A DNA stretch of 64,000 nucleotides. It comes from Planctomycetota bacterium. GTDB lineage: Bacteria; Planctomycetota; SZUA-567; H5-PLA8. Within the stretch, counting starts at the first letter, position 1. The number at the start of each line of letters is the position of its first letter. The position numbers and the translations under genes are program-made. The stretch is taken from NCBI GenBank assembly GCA_038227875.1, contig JBBRPR010000007.1:32001-96000 (forward strand), in the 5' to 3' direction. Shown one piece after another: positions 9,139 through 19,438 of this stretch. The notes under the pieces were generated by a model that was not told the DNA's origin, ran no database searches, and saw only the letters and a program-made list of their open reading frames with translations.

Positions 9139-10215
9139 ATGAGCCTGCTCGCCTCACCCACCGTTGAACTTTCACCGGACAAGATGCTTGAAAAATACAT
9201 CCTCGCCACGGCCTCGCGGCACGAGCCGATCCCTGTCGATTCCGACGACGGCAAGCGCCTCTACCGCGCGCTGGCCCTGCACATCTGGAACCAGCATCAG
9301 CGCCCCGTCATCGCCAGCGATATCCGCGACCTGTGGGAGAAGATTGATTCGATTAAGCGTGGCGGCGCCGTCGGTTACGGACTCACAGGCATCCACTTCT
9401 GGGCCGCCGACTTCGCCAACGCGCTGGCCAGCGACACTCTGGCGCTCGACGCGTCGGCGCAGGACCGCCTCTCGGCGTGGCTCAACGACTGGCCCAACAT
9501 CTGCATTCTCGGCCACACCGGCCGCGGCAAGTCCTCGACGATCAACCGCCTCTTCGGCCTTCGCATGGCCGAGATCGGCCATCACCGCTCGACAACGCAA
9601 ACCGTCTCCGATTACCGTCTAATCACGGGCAGTTTCCTCGGCAAGCCCACCGGCGTGGTCCTGTGGGACGTTCCCGGCTACGGCGACGACCGCATGCCGT
9701 TCGAACGCTCGGTGAAACTATACCGGCGCATGGCGCGCAAATGCGACGTCGTTGTCTTCATGCTCGACAACGACCGCAGCGCGCAGCTCGACTTGAAGAT
9801 GTTCAAGAAACTCAACAAGCGCGTACCGTCGCTGCAGAAGAAGCTCGTCGTCGCCGTCAATAAGGCCGACCTATTCCATCCGTTCAACTGGGACGAGAAA
9901 GCCGGGACCCCCAGCGTCGCAATGCAGGAGAACATCAGCCAGCGCGTGGCCGTGGTCGCCGACTCCCTGGAACTGCGCCACAGCGACCGCATCGTCGCGA
10001 TCTCCGCATTGCGCAACTGGAACATCTTCTCGCTGCTGAGCGCCATGGTCGACGCCGCCGGCGAGACGAAGGGCGCGAGTCTGCTGAAAGCCGCGCATCC
10101 CGACGACACCGGCACGGAAGACAGCAGCGGCAAGAGCTCTGGCGACGCCGAAGGCCGGCAGCACGGCATCAACCGTTCGCTGCGCCGCCATTTCCGCGCG
10201 ATGATCGAGCGTTAA
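9139..10215 (+). CDS. GTPase (YeeP/MMR_HSR1-like) with an uncharacterised N-terminal domain
   Basis: G1 GHTGRGKS, G3 DVPG, G4 NKAD, G5 ISAL. Confidence 0.85.
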   Translation: MSLLASPTVELSPDKMLEKYILATASRHEPIPVDSDDGKRLYRALALHIWNQHQRPVIASDIRDLWEKIDSIKRGGAVGYGLTGIHFWAADFANALASDTLALDASAQDRLSAWLNDWPNICILGHTGRGKSSTINRLFGLRMAEIGHHRSTTQTVSDYRLITGSFLGKPTGVVLWDVPGYGDDRMPFERSVKLYRRMARKCDVVVFMLDNDRSAQLDLKMFKKLNKRVPSLQKKLVVAVNKADLFHPFNWDEKAGTPSVAMQENISQRVAVVADSLELRHSDRIVAISALRNWNIFSLLSAMVDAAGETKGASLLKAAHPDDTGTEDSSGKSSGDAEGRQHGINRSLRRHFRAMIER

Positions 10216-10221
10216 AGACCA

Positions 10222-10293
10222 GCAGGCAGGACGCCTGCTCCAAAATTTTGCATCAGCGCGTCATGAATTGTGGTGCAGGCGTCCCGCCTGCAA
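10222..10293. repeat. Inverted REP doublet (REPIN-like)
   Basis: Degenerate reverse copy at 10222-10247 and exact forward copy at 10266-10293, between convergent genes. Confidence 0.8.
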
Positions 10294-10296
10294 TAC

Positions 10297-11604
10297 TTAC
10301 TTGCTAGCCACCACCGCGCCCGCCGGGCGGTTGTCCATCACGGGCGCCGAGGCGCTCTGCTCCAGCGCCATCTTCGGTAGCCGCCATGCAACCCACAGCG
10401 CCATCAGAAACAATCCCGCGCCGGCAGCCGTAAATGTCGGCCAGAAAACCGGCATGAACTTTCCATTCGCGATCGGAATCCGAAACGCCGCGCCCAACTG
10501 AGCGCCGGCCTGCACTCCCAGCGACTGTCCCAGAAAAAAGAAGAACGCGAAAAGCGATACCGCCGTGCCCCGCGCTTTTGGCGCCAGTTCCGTGGCCTTT
10601 GTCTGCAGCGTGCTGTGCAGCGAATTGAAGCCGAAGCCCAGCATCATCGCGCCAGGGATGATCGGCCACCAAACCTGCATCTTTCCCAGCAGCGCCGCGA
10701 TAGCGAACCCGCCCAGCAGCAACGTCCCACCCATCAGTGCCAACTGCCACTGCTTCAGATTTCTCACAATACGCTTGGCGGTGAAACTGTAGATCAGGCC
10801 GCCCAGCCCATAGCAACTCAGCAGCATGCCCGCCTGCAACAGGCTCAGCGGGAACAAATTCTGCAGCGAACTGCTGATGTAGACGAAGCCGCCAAAGAGA
10901 AAAAAACCTTCCAGAAAAATGGCCGGATAGACAATGCGCGAATTGGGATTGGCCAGCACGTTCATGTACGCCTGGATCGGCGGCGTGCGCGGCTTGTTCG
11001 GATCGTGAACCGGTTTCGGTTCGCTGCGAGCGCCATTCCAATAGGCCACCACGACGATCATCGAGAGTCCACCGAGCACGATAAAGACGTTGCGCCAGCC
11101 GATGTACTCGCCGCAACCACCGCCCAGCGGCCCGCTCAACACGCTGCCGAGCATCAATGCGCTCATGAATTGTCCGAGCATCGCCTGGCGCTTGTCCGGC
11201 GCGAACTTGTCGCCGATGTAGGCAATCGAAAGCGGAATGATCGAAGCGGCGAACACGCCCGTGATGAAGCGCAGTGCAATCAGAAGGTACAACCCGGCCA
11301 TGTGCTGCGGCACGAATGCGCAGGCCAGCGTACCGAACGCGAAACAGGTGAAGCCCAGCGCCATCACGTGAACTTTGCCGATGCGATCGCCCAGCGGACC
11401 GTAGATCAACTGGCCGAGGCTGTACGGCAGCGCATACGCCGAAACCACATACGCAGCGGTCCCAATAGTAACGCCGAATTCGTCTTTGATCGTATTGAGG
11501 AGCGGATCGACAACGCGGGCGTCGGAGGCCACCATGAAGGCCGCAGCGCCGAGCATCAACAGCGACATGCGTTTGCCGGAAGATTGATCGGACGGGTTAT
11601 CCAC
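10297..11604 (-). CDS. MFS transporter (DHA1-like)
   Basis: About 12 hydrophobic segments; GPLGDRIGK motif A, LRFITG and GWRNVF. Confidence 0.92.
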   Translation of the reverse strand: MDNPSDQSSGKRMSLLMLGAAAFMVASDARVVDPLLNTIKDEFGVTIGTAAYVVSAYALPYSLGQLIYGPLGDRIGKVHVMALGFTCFAFGTLACAFVPQHMAGLYLLIALRFITGVFAASIIPLSIAYIGDKFAPDKRQAMLGQFMSALMLGSVLSGPLGGGCGEYIGWRNVFIVLGGLSMIVVVAYWNGARSEPKPVHDPNKPRTPPIQAYMNVLANPNSRIVYPAIFLEGFFLFGGFVYISSSLQNLFPLSLLQAGMLLSCYGLGGLIYSFTAKRIVRNLKQWQLALMGGTLLLGGFAIAALLGKMQVWWPIIPGAMMLGFGFNSLHSTLQTKATELAPKARGTAVSLFAFFFFLGQSLGVQAGAQLGAAFRIPIANGKFMPVFWPTFTAAGAGLFLMALWVAWRLPKMALEQSASAPVMDNRPAGAVVASK

Positions 11605-11703
11605 GCAGTTCTCCGGAAGAGGACTGCACCATAAATATACTACGCGTACGTATTTTCCAGCAAAATCACGTCGGTACTTTTTGTCGTCTGCGGACGGTCA
11701 GAT

Positions 11704-11729
11704 ACCATATGGACTACAGTCCATATGGT
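11704..11729. promoter_or_regulatory. Perfect inverted repeat upstream of the MFS gene, possible operator
   Basis: ACCATATGGACT-AC-AGTCCATATGGT. Confidence 0.45.
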
Positions 11730-11742
11730 TAAAAGCCACCAG

Positions 11743-14700
11743 TCAATTCGTCTTACCGTTTTCCGGATCTGGCTTTTCAGTCGGCGGCGGATCGTCGGAC
11801 GGGCCGTGCGCGGCCAAGCGCAGCAACTGCGACGCAACGCCCGTCACCCACGAATGATCGCGGCTGGCTTTCTGGATTGCGCTGTTCCAGTTCGCCTGAG
11901 CATCAGCGGTCCGCTGGTCGGCAAAGGCGCGGATGCCGCTAAGCAGTTCCCACTCGGCGGCACTAAACAGGCGCGGCCCGGGCAGTGCCTTCAACTTGTC
12001 GCCCAATTCCGCGGGATTCAGTAGCGTCGGCGCGGAGAGCAACTTGGCGGCGAGCTTCACTTCGTCCGGCGTCTTGTCGCGTGAGATCAATCCCGAGAGC
12101 GCGTTGTAGCCCGTGCCCGTGCGCGCGATCTGCAGTGCGCAGAGCCGCACGGAAACCTTGCCGAACAGTTCCGGGTTCAAATCGGCCGTGGCCGAAAGCC
12201 CCTGGTATTTCTCATGCGCCTTGTCCATTTGCCCCAGCGCCATCAGCATGTCGCCGTATTCCAGAGCCCAGGCTCTGTCAGAGTCGTCGTTGGCGGCTTT
12301 CAGCGTCTGCGTCACGCTGTCGGAAATCGCGGCCAGGAATCGATCTCTCTTGTCGGCACTGACATTCTCCAGCGCAGCGAGCACACCGGGCGTCAACGCG
12401 GTGCCCGCGTTGCCAAACTCGCCGCGCGCACGCTGGTAGAAGTTGATCGCGTCTTCGTAGCGCCGCGCGGCCAGCATGTCGTGCATGGCTTCGTCGGCCA
12501 TCTTCACCAACCCCGGCGACGGGTACACGTGATAGACTTCGATCAACGCCTGATAGTTGGGATCGCCACTGGCCGTCGTCATGCGCCGCCGGCCCAGCGC
12601 CTCGGCGCTCTGCTGGATCTCCGGATTATCCTGCGCAATGAATTTGCCGGCGTGGTTAAGCAGATCCAGCGCGGTGGATTGCGATTCCGGATCGTTGGCG
12701 GCGGCCAGCACGCCCACGGCCTCGGCAAACGCGGACGCCAGGCGCGTTTCGGTCGGTGACTTGGCGCGCAAAACATTATGCAGCTTGACCAGATCAGTGA
12801 AGCGTCCGCCTTTGATCAGCAATCGCGCGATCTTGTCGATCGAGTTGCCGATCTGCCCCAGCGCTTCGTCGTCTTGCGGCAGATACGCGACCATGACCGG
12901 CAGCAGCGAATCGGTGAACGCATTGAAATTCTCCCGGCCGGCGAGCATGCCGGAGTGCTTCTCAATCTGAGCGCAGACCTTCGCCAGCAATTGACGCGAC
13001 TGCCCGGCCGCGCGCGCAGGCGCTACGATGTGCTTGAGCAGCCGCGTGGCATCGACCATCTTCCCCTTCTCCACCGCGCGGTCGATGCCGTCGACGAACG
13101 ATTGGAACATGTATGCCGACGGGTACGCGGTGTGCAACGCGACCAGATCGTCGAAGCGGCCGCCGAAGCTCAACAACAGTCCCAGTTCGTTGGCCACCTT
13201 GCCGATGTGTTCAGAACCGGCGGTGATGCCCAGTTTCTGGAACAAGGCCAGAGCCGTTTCGAGTGGCAGGTCCGGATCCTCGTCGGCAGAGTGGTGCACG
13301 GCGGCGACGAGCACCGAATCGAGATTCCAGGCCAGCGGTTCGCCGATGGTGCGGTCGGGCCAGCCAACTTTCAATTCGCTCTGCACGCCCTTCCAATCGC
13401 GCGTCTTGGCCAGGCGCAGGATGCGGCGCAAATGGAGTTCGGTCGCCAGGGACACGGCTTCGCGTTCGGCGTTGTCCACTTCCTGCAGAAAACGATCCGC
13501 GCTGCCGGGTTCCTGGTGATCGTACTTGGCGCGGTCGCGGGTCAGTTCCTGGCGGCGCTGCTTGATCTGATCGCGGAACGTGTCCAACTCCCGTAACGCT
13601 TCTTGAAACATGTCGGGCTTTTCGAGCCACCACGAATTGATGTGGGTAATCTGGTTGATCAACCCCAGGGACAGATACGCCTGTGCGCTTTTGAAATGGT
13701 CGTCGCGCGTCGCCAGATCCTGCAGCCCCTTTTCCGCGGCCTGGTATTCGCCTTCGCGGAACTTCATGAAGCCCAGCTCTTCTTCCGGAACGTCGCGATG
13801 TCGGACGTCGACGGACTGAATCTCAATCGGCGGCACCAGCGACGGCGTGCGGAACACCAACCGCGTGTCCTTGAAGACCCAGTTGCTCAGATCGATGTCG
13901 TCGATCGCAATCGAGACGGAACGCGAGCCGCGATCGGGCATCAGCTGAAAGCTGAGCTTCGTGCCTTCGCGGTGGATGTTGAGCGTGTATTTTCCTTCGT
14001 CGAGTTCCGGGGCCTGTTTCTCAGCCTTCACTTCCAGTTCGATCATTCCGGGATCGCCGCTGGTCGTGCGCGCGTTCAGGTTTTTCGGCCCGATGATGCG
14101 CACCGTGCTGGGATTCGTGCGGTATTCGAAGAGGAACGGAATTCCTGCATACGGCTTCAACACGCTTTCGATGCCCACGCGCACGCCGGCTTCCGCAATC
14201 GCTTCGGGAATTTTGAAATGGATATCGGCATCCACGTCGCCGAAGCAATCTTCGCGAATCGACATCGCGTCTTTGCGCGGAAGGTGAATCGTCTTGCCGT
14301 CGACAAAATCCCAACCGTCGACTTCACTGCCGATGAAGCCGGTGGTGTTCTGGCACTTGTTGCCCGTCAGCTTGACGTGATCGCGCTGTTCGTCGTTCAA
14401 TTGCGCATCGTCGCGCAACGGGAACCACCAGTCCGGCCGCCAACGGGGCTTCTTGTTGATCTGTTCGTTGAAGCGCGCCTGCTTCAGCTCGATCTCTTCC
14501 TGCTTGGATTTCTGCACGCGCAGGTACGAAAACCCCAGCGCAAAGAGTACCACGAAAATCGCCGCGATCAGGGCGCTCTGCCGCCGCACGAACCGCGCGC
14601 CGAGGCGCACGAAGCCCGCCGGCTTGGCGCGGATCGCTTCTCCGGAGCGGAAACGCCGCAGGTCGTCGCGCAGGTCCGCCGCCGACGCGTAGCGCAGCCG

Positions 14701-15870
14701 CGGGTCCTTCTCCAGGCATTTCAAGACGATGGTCTGAATGTCGCGATGGATCTTGGGATTAAGCTGCCGCGGCGGCCGCACCGGCTCGCTGATCACCGCG
14801 ACGACGACTTCCAGCAGTGAGCGTCCCGCAAACGGAGTTTTGCCGGTCAGCATTTCATACAGCACCGCGCCGATGGCGTAGACGTCAGATCTCGCGTCGA
14901 TGCGGTCGATTTCACCGCGCGCCTGCTCCGGAGGCATGTATGCCGGCGTGCCAAGCGTCGTGCCGGACATTGTGTACTTGGTGTCGAGATCGACCTGCTT
15001 GGCCAGGCCGAAGTCAGTAATGTGTGGCTGATTCTGGGTGTCGAGCAGAATGTTGGACGGCTTGATGTCGCGATGAATCACGCCGGCCGTGTGTGCAGAG
15101 TGAAACGCATCGGCCAGCGATTCGGCGATCGCCAGCGCCTGTGAAATCGAGATCTTTTCTTCCGTGATCAGCGTCGAAAGCGCATGGCCTTCTACAAATT
15201 CCATCGCGAAATAATGATGTCCATCATGCGTGCCGATGTCGTAGATCGGCACGATGTTCGGATGTTTCAAGCGCGCCACCGCTTTGGCTTCGCGGTGGAA
15301 GCGGGCTACCGCTTCAGCCGATGCGTGCTGCCCGGCGAGCAGGACCTTCAACGCGACGACGCGGTCGAGACCCTGCTGGCGCGCTTTGTAAACGACGCCG
15401 AAGCTGCCACGGCTGATTTCTTCAATGATGTCGTAGCTGTTGACGCGGCGGCGCTGCGAATGTGCATCGCCGGGCGGCGCAAAGGAACCGGAGACAGAGG
15501 ATTCACCGCGAGCCCCGGAAACTCCCCCGGAACCGGTCACCAATGAATCAGAATGCTGCGAACCGGAATCGCCCTTGATCGACAAGGGTGGCGTCGGCGA
15601 AGTGATCGCGGCCAACGGATCGCTGGAGATGGGTTGATCGATCGCCGCTTCCACGATCGGGCTGCCGCCGACATTCAACAACGGGCGCAGAATCGTCGTG
15701 CGGTGCGTGGAACCCGTGGTGCTGGAGCTGAGCTTCTCGATGCAGGCGTTGCAGACTGGGCGCTCGCTGAGCAGCGTGTCTTGATCGGTATGTGACGATG
15801 CCTGGACCGCAGGGTCCGGCAAGGGCAGCAATTGCCCGCACACCGAACATCGCAACACCGTCACAGCCAA
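11743..15870 (-). CDS. Hanks-type Ser/Thr protein kinase with N-terminal Zn-ribbon, TM helix and long TPR-like C-terminus
   Basis: CSVC..CNAC; SRGSFGVVY, VALK, HRDIKPSN, DFG, GTPAYMPPEQ and DVYAIG; a TM segment then about 900 aa. Confidence 0.93.
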   Translation of the reverse strand: MAVTVLRCSVCGQLLPLPDPAVQASSHTDQDTLLSERPVCNACIEKLSSSTTGSTHRTTILRPLLNVGGSPIVEAAIDQPISSDPLAAITSPTPPLSIKGDSGSQHSDSLVTGSGGVSGARGESSVSGSFAPPGDAHSQRRRVNSYDIIEEISRGSFGVVYKARQQGLDRVVALKVLLAGQHASAEAVARFHREAKAVARLKHPNIVPIYDIGTHDGHHYFAMEFVEGHALSTLITEEKISISQALAIAESLADAFHSAHTAGVIHRDIKPSNILLDTQNQPHITDFGLAKQVDLDTKYTMSGTTLGTPAYMPPEQARGEIDRIDARSDVYAIGAVLYEMLTGKTPFAGRSLLEVVVAVISEPVRPPRQLNPKIHRDIQTIVLKCLEKDPRLRYASAADLRDDLRRFRSGEAIRAKPAGFVRLGARFVRRQSALIAAIFVVLFALGFSYLRVQKSKQEEIELKQARFNEQINKKPRWRPDWWFPLRDDAQLNDEQRDHVKLTGNKCQNTTGFIGSEVDGWDFVDGKTIHLPRKDAMSIREDCFGDVDADIHFKIPEAIAEAGVRVGIESVLKPYAGIPFLFEYRTNPSTVRIIGPKNLNARTTSGDPGMIELEVKAEKQAPELDEGKYTLNIHREGTKLSFQLMPDRGSRSVSIAIDDIDLSNWVFKDTRLVFRTPSLVPPIEIQSVDVRHRDVPEEELGFMKFREGEYQAAEKGLQDLATRDDHFKSAQAYLSLGLINQITHINSWWLEKPDMFQEALRELDTFRDQIKQRRQELTRDRAKYDHQEPGSADRFLQEVDNAEREAVSLATELHLRRILRLAKTRDWKGVQSELKVGWPDRTIGEPLAWNLDSVLVAAVHHSADEDPDLPLETALALFQKLGITAGSEHIGKVANELGLLLSFGGRFDDLVALHTAYPSAYMFQSFVDGIDRAVEKGKMVDATRLLKHIVAPARAAGQSRQLLAKVCAQIEKHSGMLAGRENFNAFTDSLLPVMVAYLPQDDEALGQIGNSIDKIARLLIKGGRFTDLVKLHNVLRAKSPTETRLASAFAEAVGVLAAANDPESQSTALDLLNHAGKFIAQDNPEIQQSAEALGRRRMTTASGDPNYQALIEVYHVYPSPGLVKMADEAMHDMLAARRYEDAINFYQRARGEFGNAGTALTPGVLAALENVSADKRDRFLAAISDSVTQTLKAANDDSDRAWALEYGDMLMALGQMDKAHEKYQGLSATADLNPELFGKVSVRLCALQIARTGTGYNALSGLISRDKTPDEVKLAAKLLSAPTLLNPAELGDKLKALPGPRLFSAAEWELLSGIRAFADQRTADAQANWNSAIQKASRDHSWVTGVASQLLRLAAHGPSDDPPPTEKPDPENGKTN

Positions 15871-16129
15871 AATACCGCTCCTGCTTTCAGTCGTGTGTCG
15901 TACCTAACTACCGCACTTCGTCCAGACGGATTCCCCGGCCATTATAGTGCATCTAAGGATAGGCGTTCTTTGGATTTATTACAATAACCTACCCCGTAAA
16001 GTAGCACCCGAAAATGCACCTGTTCCACCTCTATAGACAACTCAAAATGTGTAGTGTCCACAGAAAGACGCTAAAATTGTGCGTTCCCTGTAAACGATCG
16101 GTAATATTTTTGAGGAAGTTGAAACGTGT

Positions 16130-16363
16130 TTACTGGCCGTCATTACCGATAGCTTCAACCGGACATTCTTCCAGCGCCTGCTGGCAGAGCGTCTTCTCGT
16201 CGTCAGTGACGGGCTGTTTGGAGACAAACGAATACCCGCCCTGCGCATTGCGTGAGAAAAAATCCGGCGCCGTCTGGCGGCACAGATCGCAATCGATGCA
16301 CTGCGTATCCGTGTAGAAGGATCCGGCGACATTGTCTTTATATTTGTCAGCGGCGCTGGCCAT
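16130..16363 (-). CDS. Ferredoxin
   Basis: CIDCDLC...CPVEAI. Confidence 0.93.
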   Translation of the reverse strand: MASAADKYKDNVAGSFYTDTQCIDCDLCRQTAPDFFSRNAQGGYSFVSKQPVTDDEKTLCQQALEECPVEAIGNDGQ

Positions 16364-16936
16364 TTACTTTTTCCTGTTCTTCTTGGCCTGCGCCAATTCG
16401 TAATCCTCTTCCAATTCGCCCAGTGACCGGCGCAACATCGCGCGCGAAGCCATGCCCAGCTTATTGATGAAGAGTATCCCGTTAAGGTGGTCATTCTCGT
16501 GCTGGCAGACGCGCGCCATCAGATCCGCCGCGTCAAATTCGATCTGGTCGCCCTTCAGATTTGTTGCCGCGACATGCAGCGACGCAAAGCGTTTCACTTT
16601 CGCGCGAATACCGGGAATCGAAAGGCAGCCTTCTTCTTCCGTCAGCGTGCCTTCCAGCTTCGAAAGCACCGGGTTAATCAACGCCATGCATCCGGATTTG
16701 TCTTTCGATATGTCGACCAGGAAAATGCGCAACCCCACGCCCACCTGCGGAGCGGCCAGGCCGATGCCCTCCGCGGCGTACATCGTTACCTTCATCCGCT
16801 CGATCAAATCGGCCAGCACCCAGCCGCCGGCCTTGCCTTCCTTGAGCTCATCCGGTTTGATGGCGCGCGCCGTCTTGCCCAAAAAAGGATCGGGATACAG
16901 GACGATTTCAAGCGGTTCTGCGGTGGTGGTAGACAT
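16364..16936 (-). CDS. def: Peptide deformylase
   Basis: GIGLAAPQVG, EGCLS and QHENDHLNG motifs. Confidence 0.96.
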   Translation of the reverse strand: MSTTTAEPLEIVLYPDPFLGKTARAIKPDELKEGKAGGWVLADLIERMKVTMYAAEGIGLAAPQVGVGLRIFLVDISKDKSGCMALINPVLSKLEGTLTEEEGCLSIPGIRAKVKRFASLHVAATNLKGDQIEFDAADLMARVCQHENDHLNGILFINKLGMASRAMLRRSLGELEEDYELAQAKKNRKK

Positions 16937-16974
16937 GTGTGTGAATCTCGTTAACAGCTCATCGAAGCTTCAGA

Positions 16975-17442
16975 TTAACGCGAGATGTCCTCCAACGTCA
17001 ACCCCAACCGCGTCTCTTCTTTCGGCGAACTTAAGATTACACTGGTGCGCGTCGAGACCACACCATCCAGAGGCCGGAGATCGCCGGAGATCAGCGACTC
17101 CAGCGAGGTCGTAGACCGAGTCCTCACTTTCAACAGGTAGTCCATCTCGCCGGTAACGTGGTAACACTCCAGCACGTCTTCCAATTCCGAAATGCGCTGT
17201 AAAAAAGCCTTGGCGTGAATGGGTTTATCCAGCGACACCGCGATAAATGCCGTGATCGGCCGGTTGACCTTGTTGGGATCCAGCAAACCCACGTAGCGGC
17301 GGATGATGCCCGACGACTCAAGCTTCTTGACTCGCTCACCGACAGAAGGCGCCGACAAACCCACGAGCTTTGCGATCTCCGAATGACTCGTTCGGCCATC
17401 TTTTTGTAGGATGTCCAGAATCTTCAAGTCGATAGCATCCAA
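16975..17442 (-). CDS. Lrp/AsnC family transcriptional regulator
   Basis: LDAIDLKILDILQKDGR HTH and ECYHVTGEMDYLLKV; TTG start after GAGGTG. Confidence 0.93.
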   Translation of the reverse strand: MDAIDLKILDILQKDGRTSHSEIAKLVGLSAPSVGERVKKLESSGIIRRYVGLLDPNKVNRPITAFIAVSLDKPIHAKAFLQRISELEDVLECYHVTGEMDYLLKVRTRSTTSLESLISGDLRPLDGVVSTRTSVILSSPKEETRLGLTLEDISR

Positions 17443-17698
17443 AGTGCACCTCGCGGACAAAAAGTAGAGCCAGTGTTTACATTAAACCTGTAGCCAAACG
17501 CTACCCGAATCCGCAGTTTTTAAGGCATGGTCCGTTGAATTTCAACCTACGATTTTAAGCCGAGACGAAATATGCCGCTTTCCGCCTTCCGAGTCGCAAG
17601 TCTTGTTTTCAGACTTTACCTAAAAATTGTTGGTGAAAACGCCGCCGCTGCGGATTTCTTCTTCAAATCTTGCGACGCACTTGTATCCTCTTGACCCC

Positions 17699-18733
17699 AT
17701 GACAAAAGCCGAATACGGACAGCCTATTTTTTTAAAGCCAGTGCTGATGGAGAAAGTCTGGGGCGGCAATCGCATCGCGTCGTTCGGACCGGGTAAGCGT
17801 GCCGAACCGGGAAAGATCATCGGTGAAAGCTGGGAGCTGGTCGACCGCCCGGAAGCGCAAAGCGTCGTGGTGGGTGGTCCGTGGAATGGCAAAACGCTCC
17901 GGACGCTGATGGAGGAAGACGCGATTCTCGTGTTGGGCGCCGAATTCGCCGCTGCCAAGCCCGCGCGCTTTCCGTTGCTGTGCAAGTACGTCGACGCCGG
18001 TTCCGCGCTCTCGGTTCAGGTTCATCCCGACGACATCGGCGCCAAAGCGTTCAACGACCGTGGCAAAAGTGAATGCTGGATCGTTGTCCATGCAGAACCA
18101 GATTCGAAGATCATCCGCGGCCTGCGTCCCGGCACCACTCGCGCGGCATACGAACAAGCCGTCGCGAAGGAGTGCGTGGAAGACGTGCTCTGTTCGTTTA
18201 CGCCGAAAGTGGGCGATGTTCTCGCTCTTCCGCCTGGGATGGTGCACGCAATCGGCGCCGGCATCATGGTCGCTGAGATTCAGCAGAATTCCGACCTGAC
18301 GTTGCGTATCTACGATTACAATCGCGTGGGCCTGGATGGCAAACCGCGCCCGCTGCATGTCAAAGAGGCGCTGGAAGCAGTCCGTTTCGGCGAACCGGGA
18401 TGCGAATTTACCGGGGACATGCGCGCAAACACGGTTACGCCGTTGGCCGAACTCAAGGCCGGGCCGTTGCTCACGCAAAAAATGTTTCAGGGGAAGTACT
18501 TTGATCTAACCCGCTTCATATTGGCCGCCGGCACGTCGTTCGAACTACAGGCCAACCCCGACGCGCCACGGATTATGATGTGCGTGGCGGGCCACGGAAA
18601 GCTCGCCGGCCGCACGCTGGATGAAGGACAGACGGTGCTCGTACCTGCCTGCGCGCCGCCACTTCTGGTCGAGTCTTCTCCACAAGCGGAGTTAGTGCTG
18701 CTGTACAGCACGCCAACTCTGGCGGCGTGTTAA
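17699..18733 (+). CDS. Type I mannose-6-phosphate isomerase
   Basis: KVWGG, IGESWE, FPLLCK, LSVQVHPDD, GKSECW and EIQQNSDLTLRIYDYNR motifs. Confidence 0.92.
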   Translation: MTKAEYGQPIFLKPVLMEKVWGGNRIASFGPGKRAEPGKIIGESWELVDRPEAQSVVVGGPWNGKTLRTLMEEDAILVLGAEFAAAKPARFPLLCKYVDAGSALSVQVHPDDIGAKAFNDRGKSECWIVVHAEPDSKIIRGLRPGTTRAAYEQAVAKECVEDVLCSFTPKVGDVLALPPGMVHAIGAGIMVAEIQQNSDLTLRIYDYNRVGLDGKPRPLHVKEALEAVRFGEPGCEFTGDMRANTVTPLAELKAGPLLTQKMFQGKYFDLTRFILAAGTSFELQANPDAPRIMMCVAGHGKLAGRTLDEGQTVLVPACAPPLLVESSPQAELVLLYSTPTLAAC

Positions 18734-18737
18734 TGCA

Positions 18738-19073
18738 TTACTTGTGATCGTCGTTGTCGTCGACGTGATTACGCTCGTCTCGCTTTCTAAGGGAACTTTC
18801 CGCTTTCTCCCACTGTTCCTTGGAGAGGATGGCCTGAACCCTATCCTTAATTTTGCCGTATTCCGCGCGGGTCTTAGGCATCGGCAAATCGAACAGGTCG
18901 TTAAGTTTGGCCTTCTGCTCTGCGCTCAAATTCAACTCCTCGCCGTGATTAATAATCTCGCGGATCCATTTAAATTTTTGCGGTGCAGCATTCTCTTCCG
19001 CACGTGTGCTGTATTGAACGGAAATTATGCAAGCAACCGCGATGGCGCAAATCCGGACGAATCGACAGATCAT
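18738..19073 (-). CDS. Hypothetical exported protein
   Basis: Signal peptide; LNLSAEQKAKL and ILSKEQWEK resemble LTXXQ (Spy/CpxP-like) repeats. Confidence 0.6.
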   Translation of the reverse strand: MICRFVRICAIAVACIISVQYSTRAEENAAPQKFKWIREIINHGEELNLSAEQKAKLNDLFDLPMPKTRAEYGKIKDRVQAILSKEQWEKAESSLRKRDERNHVDDNDDHK

Positions 19074-19216
19074 GCTCAAGCCTCCACTAAAAAGAGTCGC
19101 AAATTCAAACAGGACATGCAAAAATCAGGGCGCGCCAAGGGTGAATGGCACAATTCGTTCCAAAGGGTGCGATAATCTAACGTGCCACAAGTGAGTGATA
19201 GAAATTCTCAAGACAG

Positions 19217-19339
19217 TGACATTATTTGACAGTACTACTGACAACTTCCCGACGTGCGTGAATCGAGATTTTAAAACATATTGATTTTAAAGGATTTAAA
19301 AATACGAAAAGATATCTAAGACGTGGAATTGTGTTTGCT
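19217..19339 (+). promoter_or_regulatory. Sigma54-type promoter with IHF-like site and upstream TGACA repeats
   Basis: TGGAATTGTGTTTGCT at 19324-19339 (GG-N10-GC); AT-rich tract with an IHF-like site at 19274-19286; TGACA at 19217, 19227 and 19239. Confidence 0.55.
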
Positions 19340-19438
19340 TATCCTAACTTTGTCAAAGCGCAGAAGACTCAGACTCGCGGTTGAGTGTGGGAGCGGTTCC
19401 CACCTCTGGGTTAGGCGACTGATAAGGAGAAAGACACC

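Noticed and set aside
19147..19162. TGGCAC as a sigma54 -24 box
   Set aside because: No GC at the required -12 spacing.
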